5,907 nt of DNA from a virus: the IMG/VR virus record IMGVR_UViG_3300017748_002932, one strand, 5' to 3'. Positions 1 through 5,702 of this stretch are shown here, one piece after another. Made by a program: the position numbers and the translations under genes. Every line of letters begins with the position of its first letter. Positions within the stretch are counted from its first letter, which is position 1. A model generated the notes under the pieces. The model was not told the DNA's origin, searched no databases, and saw nothing but the letters and a program-made list of their open reading frames with translations.

Positions 1-77
1 ATTACTACTTCTACTTGATTACCTTCGTATCTTATATATCTTACTGTCCCTTTATTTGTTTTTTCTCCTATCTTCAT
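1..77 (-). CDS. Duplicate 5' fragment of the 52-aa hypothetical ORF (full copy at 5703..5861), truncated by the window start
   Basis: The minus-strand ATG at 77..75 lies inside the terminal repeat and corresponds to 5861..5859. It reads MKIGEKTNKGTVRYIRYEGNQVEVV before running off the window. This is the same gene seen twice because of the circular overlap, not a separate gene. Confidence 0.5.
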   Translation of the reverse strand, partial: MKIGEKTNKGTVRYIRYEGNQVEVV

Positions 78-96
78 AATTTCTTAAACATCAAGC

Positions 97-108
97 GCGA
101 TTTATCGC
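97..108. promoter_or_regulatory. Short GC-rich palindrome gcgat-tt-atcgc (small hairpin) in the intergenic region after VP4
   Basis: gcgat (97..101) is the reverse complement of atcgc (104..108). It sits in a local GC-rich island within an AT-rich genome. The terminal repeat duplicates it at 5881..5892. Confidence 0.4.
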
Positions 109-118
109 AAGGATTGTA

Positions 119-147
119 GCCACGCGCAGCGTATATTCAGCGTTGGC
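119..147. promoter_or_regulatory. Imperfect GC-rich hairpin immediately downstream of the VP4 stop codon (candidate terminator or ssDNA structural element)
   Basis: gccacgc (119..125) pairs with gcgttggc (140..147), with one bulged t at 143. This gives a 7-bp interrupted stem and a 14-nt loop. On the minus strand it starts right after the VP4 TAA (150..148). No clear U-tract follows, so the terminator call is weak. Confidence 0.4.
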
Positions 148-1110
148 TTATCCATATATCTTTTTTACTCTTTCCATTCTCTTTAAGTTTCTTCTCTGTT
201 GTTCATATTCTTTTCTATTCCAATCTATTTCATTATTTCCATAGCCTAATCTTCTATTTTTTATTCTTGCATTCTTTAGTGCTATATAGTATTCTTTATC
301 ATTTTCTTTTATATTTATTTTTATTCCATCTACCCATCTTTCTTTCTTATCTAATTTTTCTATCCATAATTTTTCTCTTTCTTCTTCGTTATATATATAA
401 TTTCTATAGTATACTGGTAGTGCTAATCTTAATCCGTTTATTGTTCTGTATGTTTCGTCTGTTTCTTCGTTTTCTTTATATTTGTTTCTCTTTATATCAG
501 ATCCTTTTAGATATTTATTTCCTATTCCTTGACTTACAAACATTTTTGGTATATATTCTTTATGTATTTTATCTGCTTTATTTAAATATTTAACTATATA
601 ATTTATTGTCTTTTCATTCACATATTCTCCTATATATACTCCGCCGTATTTCCATATTCTTGATATATCTTCTTTGTTTTTGCACCATAATATACCATGT
701 ATGTGTAATCGTTCTGTCTTATTGGTACCTAGCTCTGTCACTAGCCAATGTCTTACTGTCTTTTTATATTTTTTTCTCCATCTTTCTGTGAATCTTCTTA
801 TACTTAATCTTGCTATTTCATTATCTCTATTATATCCTTTTAATTCTTTATTTATTTCATCATCTAGTTTTTGTATTTCTTGATCACTATATGTCATTGT
901 TACAAACCATGCTGGTATTTTATTTTTCTTTATCTCTTCATGTAATCTTACTTGCCATTCTCTTTTTTTCTGTTTTCTACATTCCATACATTTCCCACAT
1001 CCTATCGGCACTAGTTTAGTTCTCATATCTTTAACGGGAGGAATATTCCCCCCGTTTTTTTTATTTGACATGTATTTTCTATTTTTTATTAATTTTGGAT
1101 ATAAGCACAT
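148..1110 (-). CDS. VP4: Replication initiation protein VP4 (HUH rolling-circle endonuclease, phiX174 gpA-like)
   Basis: 320-aa ORF starting at an ATG. The N-terminus MCLYP...IGCGKCMECRKQKKREW is typical of non-phiX microvirus Rep proteins. RCR motif 1 is FVTMTY and motif 2 (HUH) is RLHIHGILW. Motif 3 is NYIVKYLNK, with two Tyr spaced Y-x-x-x-Y as in phiX174 gpA (YVAKY). Confidence 0.9.
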   Translation of the reverse strand: MCLYPKLIKNRKYMSNKKNGGNIPPVKDMRTKLVPIGCGKCMECRKQKKREWQVRLHEEIKKNKIPAWFVTMTYSDQEIQKLDDEINKELKGYNRDNEIARLSIRRFTERWRKKYKKTVRHWLVTELGTNKTERLHIHGILWCKNKEDISRIWKYGGVYIGEYVNEKTINYIVKYLNKADKIHKEYIPKMFVSQGIGNKYLKGSDIKRNKYKENEETDETYRTINGLRLALPVYYRNYIYNEEEREKLWIEKLDKKERWVDGIKINIKENDKEYYIALKNARIKNRRLGYGNNEIDWNRKEYEQQRRNLKRMERVKKIYG

Positions 1111-1127
1111 TATCTATAGCTTTTCTA

Positions 1128-2108
1128 TTATTTATTATTATCTATCCCTATATATCCATTGTTACCATGGTAGTTTTTTGCATTTCTTTCTGTATTTTTT
1201 CCTTTTAATTTATTTCTTATATCTTTAACCCATTCCGGATTTTTTCCTACCTCATTTCCTATTGCACCTGCTGTTCCTATTCCTATTATAGCTGCAGCTT
1301 TTCCACTTCTTTTTGTTGCCTCTTTTGCAAATCCTTTAATTGCTTTTGGTCTCATTAACCCCTTTAATATTGCTGGATTTCTTAACGGTAATAATCCCAA
1401 GAATAACATTGCTGCTCCTATATATGTTGATGTATCCAAGTCTCCACTAAGTGTTTTCTCTGCATTTACCCAAAAGTTTTTTCCAAAGTTATCAGAGTAA
1501 TCCATTTCTATTTCTTTTAATATCTTACTTGTATTTGCATTTGCTTGTTCTATTTGTGCTTTATCTACTTTTATTTTACTTGCTGCTGCTTTTGTTTCTT
1601 GTTCGTTTAATGCTGTCCTACTTTTTGTTTCTGCTGTATCTACTCCATCCCTTTTATCTTTTTGGCTTTCTAAATCATCAATTTGTGCCTCCATCATTTT
1701 AGCTTGTAACCCATATAGTTCAAATTCAGGTCTTTTTGGTGCTTGTGGTACTGTTGGACTACCTTTTGCCGCACTTCCTCCTGTTTGACTTCCTGTACTA
1801 CCTCCTTGTCCCGCTCCTTTCCCATACATTAACGCTGGATTTAATCCCGCTTTTTTCATATGTTCCATTTGCGCTCCATAATTTGTTTTATTCCATAGAT
1901 CGAATTGTAAGTCATTACCTTGTTGGTTTAATGCCATTTGATTCCCCATTTGTTGATTCATTAATTGCATTTCGTTTTGCATTCCTATTTCCATCAATTC
2001 TTGTTGGTTTGCCATTTGTTGTCCTTGTGTGAATTGGTCATAAGCCATACCTCCAACTTGCCATAGTCCCTCACTATTGTTATCTATGAAATCTCCTACT
2101 TTACTCAT
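1128..2108 (-). CDS. VP2: DNA pilot / minor capsid protein VP2 (phiX174 gpH functional analogue)
   Basis: 326-aa ORF. It has a Q/N/M-rich N-terminal region followed by the VP2 signature ...MEHMKKAGLNPALMYGKG..., then a G/S/T-rich linker. A charged, heptad-like helical segment follows (AKMMEAQIDDLESQ...KIKVDKAQIEQANANTSKILKEIE). The C-terminus has hydrophobic, glycine-rich segments (YIGAAMLFLGLLPL, AAAIIGIGTAGAIG). Its position directly upstream of VP4 also fits. Confidence 0.85.
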   Translation of the reverse strand: MSKVGDFIDNNSEGLWQVGGMAYDQFTQGQQMANQQELMEIGMQNEMQLMNQQMGNQMALNQQGNDLQFDLWNKTNYGAQMEHMKKAGLNPALMYGKGAGQGGSTGSQTGGSAAKGSPTVPQAPKRPEFELYGLQAKMMEAQIDDLESQKDKRDGVDTAETKSRTALNEQETKAAASKIKVDKAQIEQANANTSKILKEIEMDYSDNFGKNFWVNAEKTLSGDLDTSTYIGAAMLFLGLLPLRNPAILKGLMRPKAIKGFAKEATKRSGKAAAIIGIGTAGAIGNEVGKNPEWVKDIRNKLKGKNTERNAKNYHGNNGYIGIDNNK

Positions 2109-2109
2109 T

Positions 2110-2292
2110 TTATTTTATTTTTTTGTTAAACGTTTCAATTTTATCTAATGCTTTTAGTATTCTATATCTTGCATAGTCATCTACTAAGTCATGTTGCATA
2201 TGTACTATGTCTCTTATTAGTTCTGTACTATCTTCTATTGTTTTTTTAATTTTACTGTTGTCTATTGTATGATATTCATCTACTATTTTCAT
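2110..2292 (-). CDS. Hypothetical 60-aa acidic, helical protein, tightly coupled to VP2
   Basis: ATG start at 2292..2290. The TAA stop at 2112..2110 is one nucleotide from the VP2 ATG (2108). It is on the same strand as all real genes, where the A-rich composition makes chance open frames short. I recognise no motif. Confidence 0.55.
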   Translation of the reverse strand: MKIVDEYHTIDNSKIKKTIEDSTELIRDIVHMQHDLVDDYARYRILKALDKIETFNKKIK

Positions 2293-2306
2293 AATTTCTG
2301 TTTTCG

Positions 2307-2322
2307 CGCTTTTTTAAAAGCG
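2307..2322. promoter_or_regulatory. Palindrome cgcttttttaaaagcg (hairpin) just upstream of the 60-aa ORF
   Basis: cgctttt and aaaagcg are reverse complements, giving a 6-7 bp stem with a minimal loop. It lies 15 nt upstream (minus sense) of the ATG at 2292, inside the 138-nt non-coding gap. Confidence 0.4.
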
Positions 2323-2374
2323 TTATTATTACTTGATATATAAGAACAAATGCGTACCACTTATTCAAAATTTA

Positions 2375-2424
2375 GGGGGTTTTGATACTTAGACTAAGGC
2401 TCACTCGTCTTTTCTCTCCCCCCC
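2375..2424. promoter_or_regulatory. G5 run (2375..2379) and C7 run (2418..2424) bracketing a cttag-a-ctaag palindrome (2388..2398); possible long-range stem
   Basis: These are homopolymer G and C runs in a visibly AT-rich genome. They are mutually complementary and lie 38 nt apart, immediately downstream (minus sense) of the 119-aa ORF stop at 2433..2431. On the minus strand the C5 arm is followed by TAAATTTTG. Confidence 0.3.
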
Positions 2425-2430
2425 TTTATT

Positions 2431-2790
2431 CTACTTTGAATCGCTCGTGCCGTTTGTTGACTCTGCTCCGCTGATATCCTCCTTTCTTGGCTCTAATTTC
2501 ACTATTTTAGCCTCTTTTTCAGATTTCAATTTCTCTGCTTTAGCTTCTGCTCTTGCAATACTTTGTTTCTCTATTAAATTTTTACCATCTACTGCAATTT
2601 CAAACCTATCCGTTTTTATATTAAACTCTGGTCTTACTCCATCTGCTTTTTCAGTATATATTACCCCTGTTTCATCAATTACAGGTTCATTATTATTTAA
2701 TATTCTTTCAATTCGGTGTTCTATTGGTTCTCCCTCGAATTTATCTACATTTTTTATACAAGAATTCTTGTATGGTCTTGGTTTATACAT
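2431..2790 (-). CDS. Hypothetical 119-aa protein directly downstream of VP1; candidate internal scaffolding (VP3-like) protein
   Basis: The ATG at 2790 lies 11 nt after the VP1 stop. The protein has a structured N-terminal part (FEGEPIEHRIERILNNNEPVIDETGVIYTEKADGVRPEFNIKTDRFEIAVDG) and a highly charged K/E/A-rich C-terminal tail. The scaffolding role is inferred only from size, position and charge. There is no similarity to the gokushovirus VP3 sequences I can recall. Confidence 0.6.
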   Translation of the reverse strand: MYKPRPYKNSCIKNVDKFEGEPIEHRIERILNNNEPVIDETGVIYTEKADGVRPEFNIKTDRFEIAVDGKNLIEKQSIARAEAKAEKLKSEKEAKIVKLEPRKEDISGAESTNGTSDSK

Positions 2791-2801
2791 TTTATTTTAT
2801 T

Positions 2802-4901
2802 TTATAGGTTAGGCATTAATTTAGCTGACATTTTTCTTCTAGCGTTATTTTTTACACTTATCTGACACCAAAAGTTCATACTATCCAATGATTTTTGTGC
2901 GAATATATTGTTGTATTTTGACGGATCTATATAAGTACTTAAATCTCCTATACCTTTATCTCCATCGTGGTCATATCTTCTGTTTAATGTCATAAACATT
3001 TCTTTGTTTTCATCTGCGAAGTTTCCTTTACACTTATTCACATTACTCATATAATTTACCCATGCTGGTTGTTTTCCTGCCGATGAATATTCATTATACC
3101 ATTCTCCTGTCTGTGTATCTATTTTACATACTGTATCAAACCATGCTAGTGTATCTGTTACTTTATCTTCAAATGCTATTTGACTTAGTTCAGGTTTATG
3201 AAAGTCATTCATTGTTTTATGATTCATGAAGAATTCATTTCCTTGTGAAAAGTCTAATCTTGGCGTTAGAGATACGATCCCAATTATATATGACGGCTCA
3301 TGTGTTTTTATCTTTATTCTTCCGCCTTTATGCTTCCCTGTTAATCTTCCTCTCCCTGCTAATGTTCCTAATGGCTGTTCTACTTGACTTTCTACATTTA
3401 ATGTATCAGTTGTTGATACTACCTCTTGAAATGCTAGTTCTTTAATTAAACTTCCATGGTATACAGGCGTTTCACATCCTTTTGCTCTTTCGTGTGTGTA
3501 TACTGCATCTAGCCAATCATCGTATGTTCCTCCACTTACTGCAATTCTATTTAGCATGTTATATATCTTTTGAGATAGATTTAATGCATCCATTTTAATC
3601 ACATCCTGTCCTTGACTATTTACATCCACTAATACTGCTGATACATCTGCTACACCTCCATCTCCTGTAATCCATTCTGTATCTAACCAATTATTATTTA
3701 GCCCTGATTGATAGCATTTTATTCCTAGTCCCTCTTGTGCTGCTTTACAGAACGCATCTTCATAGTCATCTGCTGGTACTCCGTTTACTGTATCTAACCC
3801 TAAATTGTATGGTTTTCTACTTTGATAATCCACTTCAAATGCGTTTGGACTTGCTACTGCTTCTAATATATCCTGTCGCATTAAGTCTATATCCTCCAAA
3901 TTAAATCTTTCTAATTCCGGCTCTCCCTCTCCTTGTGCAACTGTATTTTCTATTAAATTCTGTGGCGAGCTAAACACTAACGCACCTCCTGTTGGCATTC
4001 CACTAGACACTCCCGCAAATGTATATTGCTTAAAGTTTGCTGGTGATCCTGTTGGTGTTGTATCGGTTATTTGTGTAAATAATGTACTTGCTTGATATTC
4101 TGTTCCATCTATTTCTATTACTATGTCACTTGTATCTACATCTCCATATGGTGTTGTCGTTTGTGAGTTCCATGTTAATCCTATAGTTAACGCCATTGTT
4201 CCTCCTGTCAATATCGATGTATTATTTGTTGTTACATTATTTGCATGTATATTTCCTAAATCATTTCCATTTAAATACAAATCATTATAACTTACATTCC
4301 ATTTATTCCCAAATGAAGACTGGTGTATTACATATCCTACCGCTTTTCCATTCACTGATTCTTGTAAATTTGCGTAATACTGTCTATATATTGACCAATA
4401 TCCTAATAATGGCACCGCATTGAATAGCCTTTCTACATTACTTTTATTACTCTTTCCTCTCCCCAATCCATGAATTCCTAGATATGAGTATATAGAACTT
4501 GTATTTACTTGTGCATTTGCAGTTTTATCATTTTCATCCCAATATCCTACCATTCTCATTTGTGGTAGTTTAATTTTACTCATGTCCATCCCTACATTAA
4601 TCATATTCATATGTAGTTTTCCTTGAAATAATCGAATTGGTACTTCAAATACGTCTAATTGTACTTTATATGATCCAAATAGCGGTCCCAATGTTGGCAA
4701 TGTTTTAATATCACAATCTAAGTTTATGTCAAACGTATCCCCCGGCAATGCTAATTGATTCATGAACGGTACTAATGTCCCTGCTGCCATTGTTGTTCTC
4801 CATGTGTATGATAGATCGTGTGTACTTCTTGAGTAATTCTTTGCAGTTACTTCCATTTTTGAGCCCGAGCCGAGTCGTTCTCCTCCTAGTGTTGTCTTCA
4901 T
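2802..4901 (-). CDS. VP1: Major capsid protein VP1 (Microviridae F-protein family jelly-roll)
   Basis: 699-aa ORF starting at an ATG. N-terminal motifs are GGERLGSGSKM...RSTHDLS...TTMAAGTLVPF...LPGDTF. Further motifs are LLGYWSIYRQYYANLQE and KIYNMLNRIAVSGGTYDDWLDAVY, which are typical of microvirus VP1. The large size matches the Alpavirinae-type capsids. Confidence 0.92.
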   Translation of the reverse strand: MKTTLGGERLGSGSKMEVTAKNYSRSTHDLSYTWRTTMAAGTLVPFMNQLALPGDTFDINLDCDIKTLPTLGPLFGSYKVQLDVFEVPIRLFQGKLHMNMINVGMDMSKIKLPQMRMVGYWDENDKTANAQVNTSSIYSYLGIHGLGRGKSNKSNVERLFNAVPLLGYWSIYRQYYANLQESVNGKAVGYVIHQSSFGNKWNVSYNDLYLNGNDLGNIHANNVTTNNTSILTGGTMALTIGLTWNSQTTTPYGDVDTSDIVIEIDGTEYQASTLFTQITDTTPTGSPANFKQYTFAGVSSGMPTGGALVFSSPQNLIENTVAQGEGEPELERFNLEDIDLMRQDILEAVASPNAFEVDYQSRKPYNLGLDTVNGVPADDYEDAFCKAAQEGLGIKCYQSGLNNNWLDTEWITGDGGVADVSAVLVDVNSQGQDVIKMDALNLSQKIYNMLNRIAVSGGTYDDWLDAVYTHERAKGCETPVYHGSLIKELAFQEVVSTTDTLNVESQVEQPLGTLAGRGRLTGKHKGGRIKIKTHEPSYIIGIVSLTPRLDFSQGNEFFMNHKTMNDFHKPELSQIAFEDKVTDTLAWFDTVCKIDTQTGEWYNEYSSAGKQPAWVNYMSNVNKCKGNFADENKEMFMTLNRRYDHDGDKGIGDLSTYIDPSKYNNIFAQKSLDSMNFWCQISVKNNARRKMSAKLMPNL

Positions 4902-5230
4902 TAGTTTTTATTTTTTTTTGTTTTTAATGTTTCATTTATTTCTTCTGCAAATTTTTTATCCTTTGCGCTTATTTCATTTAATACCATTAATACTTGAATT
5001 ATTCTGTTCCATGTTATTGTCTTTAATTCATCTTCGCATTCTCCTCTATTATCATAATCTTCTGTCATTTTATACTCCCCCATCACTCCGAAGTGCTTAT
5101 TTTCTATTGTTATTACTGTGAATGGGCTATTTTCCACAGGATATCTCTCTATAATTTCGCTATTTAAAGAGCCGTTGTTGTTTGCTTTCTCTACATTCAT
5201 AGTGGTAGATTCTTTTGTTAATGTTTCCAT
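4901..5230 (-). CDS. Hypothetical 109-aa protein immediately upstream of VP1
   Basis: The ORF track starts this frame at 5239, but plus-strand bases 5237..5239 are caa, which is a TTG codon. The first ATG is at 5230..5228 (METLTKESTTMNVEK...), and I prefer it. The TAA stop (4903..4901) overlaps the VP1 ATG (4901..4899) as TAATG. Function is unknown. Confidence 0.6.
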   Translation of the reverse strand: METLTKESTTMNVEKANNNGSLNSEIIERYPVENSPFTVITIENKHFGVMGEYKMTEDYDNRGECEDELKTITWNRIIQVLMVLNEISAKDKKFAEEINETLKTKKNKN

Positions 5231-5372
5231 CTTTTTCAAAGTATTTATTTGTTTTGATTAATATATAGCGTCCACTCTGAACACTATTTTTCTTTATGAC
5301 CTCTGAAGTTTCTAGGTCTACGTATATGCTTTCTGTTCTCCATTGCTTTGTGTTTCTCAAATCTTTCTCCAT
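5160..5372 (-). CDS. Hypothetical 70-aa ORF overlapping both neighbouring ORFs in a different frame
   Basis: ATG start at 5372..5370. The sequence is non-repetitive and reads as beta-strand-like (WRTESIYVDLETSEVIKKNSVQSGRYILIKTNKYFEKDG). It overlaps the 87-aa ORF by 89 nt and the 109-aa ORF by 71 nt. Stop codons are frequent on the A-rich coding strand, so 70 open codons argue against chance. Coding status is still unproven. Confidence 0.45.
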   Translation of the reverse strand: MEKDLRNTKQWRTESIYVDLETSEVIKKNSVQSGRYILIKTNKYFEKDGNINKRIYHYECRESKQQRLFK

Positions 5373-5547
5373 CTTCTTCTCTATCCATTAAGTATTGTGT
5401 GAATTCACTTCTTTTTTTGGGTTTTCCGAATATTCCTGTTTCATCATCTTTCTTAAAGTCCTCCATTATTAACTTGAAGTCTATATATTTACTTATCCTC
5501 ATAACTATTTTTATAATTTTGAGAACGTATTTTACCACCTTTTTCAT
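5284..5547 (-). CDS. Hypothetical 87-aa protein with an amphipathic K-rich N-terminus and a strongly basic C-terminus
   Basis: ATG at 5547..5545 after an A-rich leader. The N-terminus is MKKVVKYVLKIIKIVMRISKYI and the C-terminus is RKHIRRPRNFRGHKEK. It is the first ORF after the 155-nt intergenic region. The basic tail recalls the small DNA-binding and packaging proteins of microviruses (phiX174 gpJ class), but only by composition. Confidence 0.55.
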   Translation of the reverse strand: MKKVVKYVLKIIKIVMRISKYIDFKLIMEDFKKDDETGIFGKPKKRSEFTQYLMDREEDGERFEKHKAMENRKHIRRPRNFRGHKEK

Positions 5548-5597
5548 TGTTTTTTTGTTTTTTTTGAGGGGTAGGGGAGTTGTCTTTTTGTCAGTCG

Positions 5598-5616
5598 TAG
5601 CCTGCTATTTTGGCTA
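5598..5616. promoter_or_regulatory. Hairpin tagcc-N9-ggcta abutting the dif-like site
   Basis: tagcc (5598..5602) is the reverse complement of ggcta (5612..5616), giving a 5-bp stem and a 9-nt loop. It is directly adjacent to the 28-mer at 5616..5643. Confidence 0.35.
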
Positions 5617-5643
5617 GTTTACATACTATATATTATAGGACAA
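5616..5643 (-). other. dif-like 28-nt XerC/XerD-type recombination site (candidate attP)
   Basis: The minus strand reads TTGTCCTATAA TATATA GTATGTAAACT, laid out as 11-nt arm, 6-nt spacer, 11-nt arm. Against the Bacillus subtilis dif as I recall it (ACTTCCTAGAA TATATA TTATGTAAACT) it matches 7/11 + 6/6 + 10/11 = 23/28. Against E. coli dif (GGTGCGCATAA TGTATA TTATGTTAAAT) it matches 18/28. The site is intergenic. Confidence 0.5.
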
Positions 5644-5678
5644 TTTTTAACTCCTTGATTCTCAGTTTGTTATTATTT

Positions 5679-5689
5679 ATTTTACATAA
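5679..5689 (-). other. Second XerD-arm-like half-site TTATGTAAAAT, a direct repeat of the TATGTAAA core of the dif-like site
   Basis: The minus strand reads TTATGTAAAAT. This is 10/11 to the XerD-side arm of both E. coli (TTATGTTAAAT) and B. subtilis (TTATGTAAACT) dif. The flanking sequence gives no convincing XerC arm. It has the same orientation as the 5616..5643 site and lies 35 nt upstream in minus sense. Confidence 0.3.
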
Positions 5690-5702
5690 TATTGCCGCTA
5701 AT

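Larger units (their letters stand above)
1..123. repeat. Left copy of an exact 123-nt terminal direct repeat (circular-genome overlap)
   Basis: Base-by-base comparison shows 1..123 (attactacttctacttgatt...ggattgtagccac) is identical to 5785..5907. Both copies are cut off by the window ends, as expected for a circular molecule assembled past its starting point. Implied unit length is 5784 nt. Confidence 0.95.

Noticed and set aside
1-123. The terminal repeat as a biological LTR, ITR or DTR packaging element.
   Set aside because: The repeat is direct and exact, and it is truncated precisely by both window ends. It also cuts through an ORF. Microviridae have circular ssDNA genomes, so an assembly overlap of a circular molecule is the simpler explanation.
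2347-2369. A Bacteroides-type promoter (-33 TTTG with -7 TAnnTTTG), suggested by two minus-strand TTTG motifs in the 138-nt gap.
   Set aside because: The downstream motif reads CGCATTTG and lacks the TA. The two TTTG elements are only 15 nt apart, which is shorter than the spacing I recall for that promoter class. I found no TTTG motif at all on the minus strand of the 5548..5702 region.
2293-2430. A possible tRNA or small ncRNA gene in the 138-nt gap.
   Set aside because: I could trace no cloverleaf arrangement: there are no acceptor or T-arm pairings and no GTTC-type T-loop motif. The stems present are short and isolated, so they are better described as regulatory or structural hairpins.
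5237-5239. The start of the 112-aa ORF at 5239 as listed in the ORF track.
   Set aside because: The codon there is TTG (plus-strand caa), not ATG. An in-frame ATG follows three codons later at 5230..5228, and every other gene here starts with ATG. I therefore annotated 4901..5230. The TTG start cannot be excluded.
5632-5637. A perfect sigma70-type -10 hexamer TATAAT on the minus strand, which would be a promoter for the 87-aa ORF block.
   Set aside because: The hexamers 16 to 18 nt upstream (ATCAAG, AATCAA, GAATCA) match TTGACA at only 1-2 of 6 positions, and there is no properly spaced TG extension. The hexamer lies inside the dif-like 28-mer, and TATAAT is a cheap match in AT-rich DNA. A promoter here is not excluded but is unsupported.
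5616-5689. A CTXphi-style folded ssDNA attP formed by two inverted dif-like sites.
   Set aside because: The two TATGTAAA-containing elements are in direct orientation, not inverted. The second has no credible XerC arm. They therefore cannot form the forked hairpin used by CTXphi.
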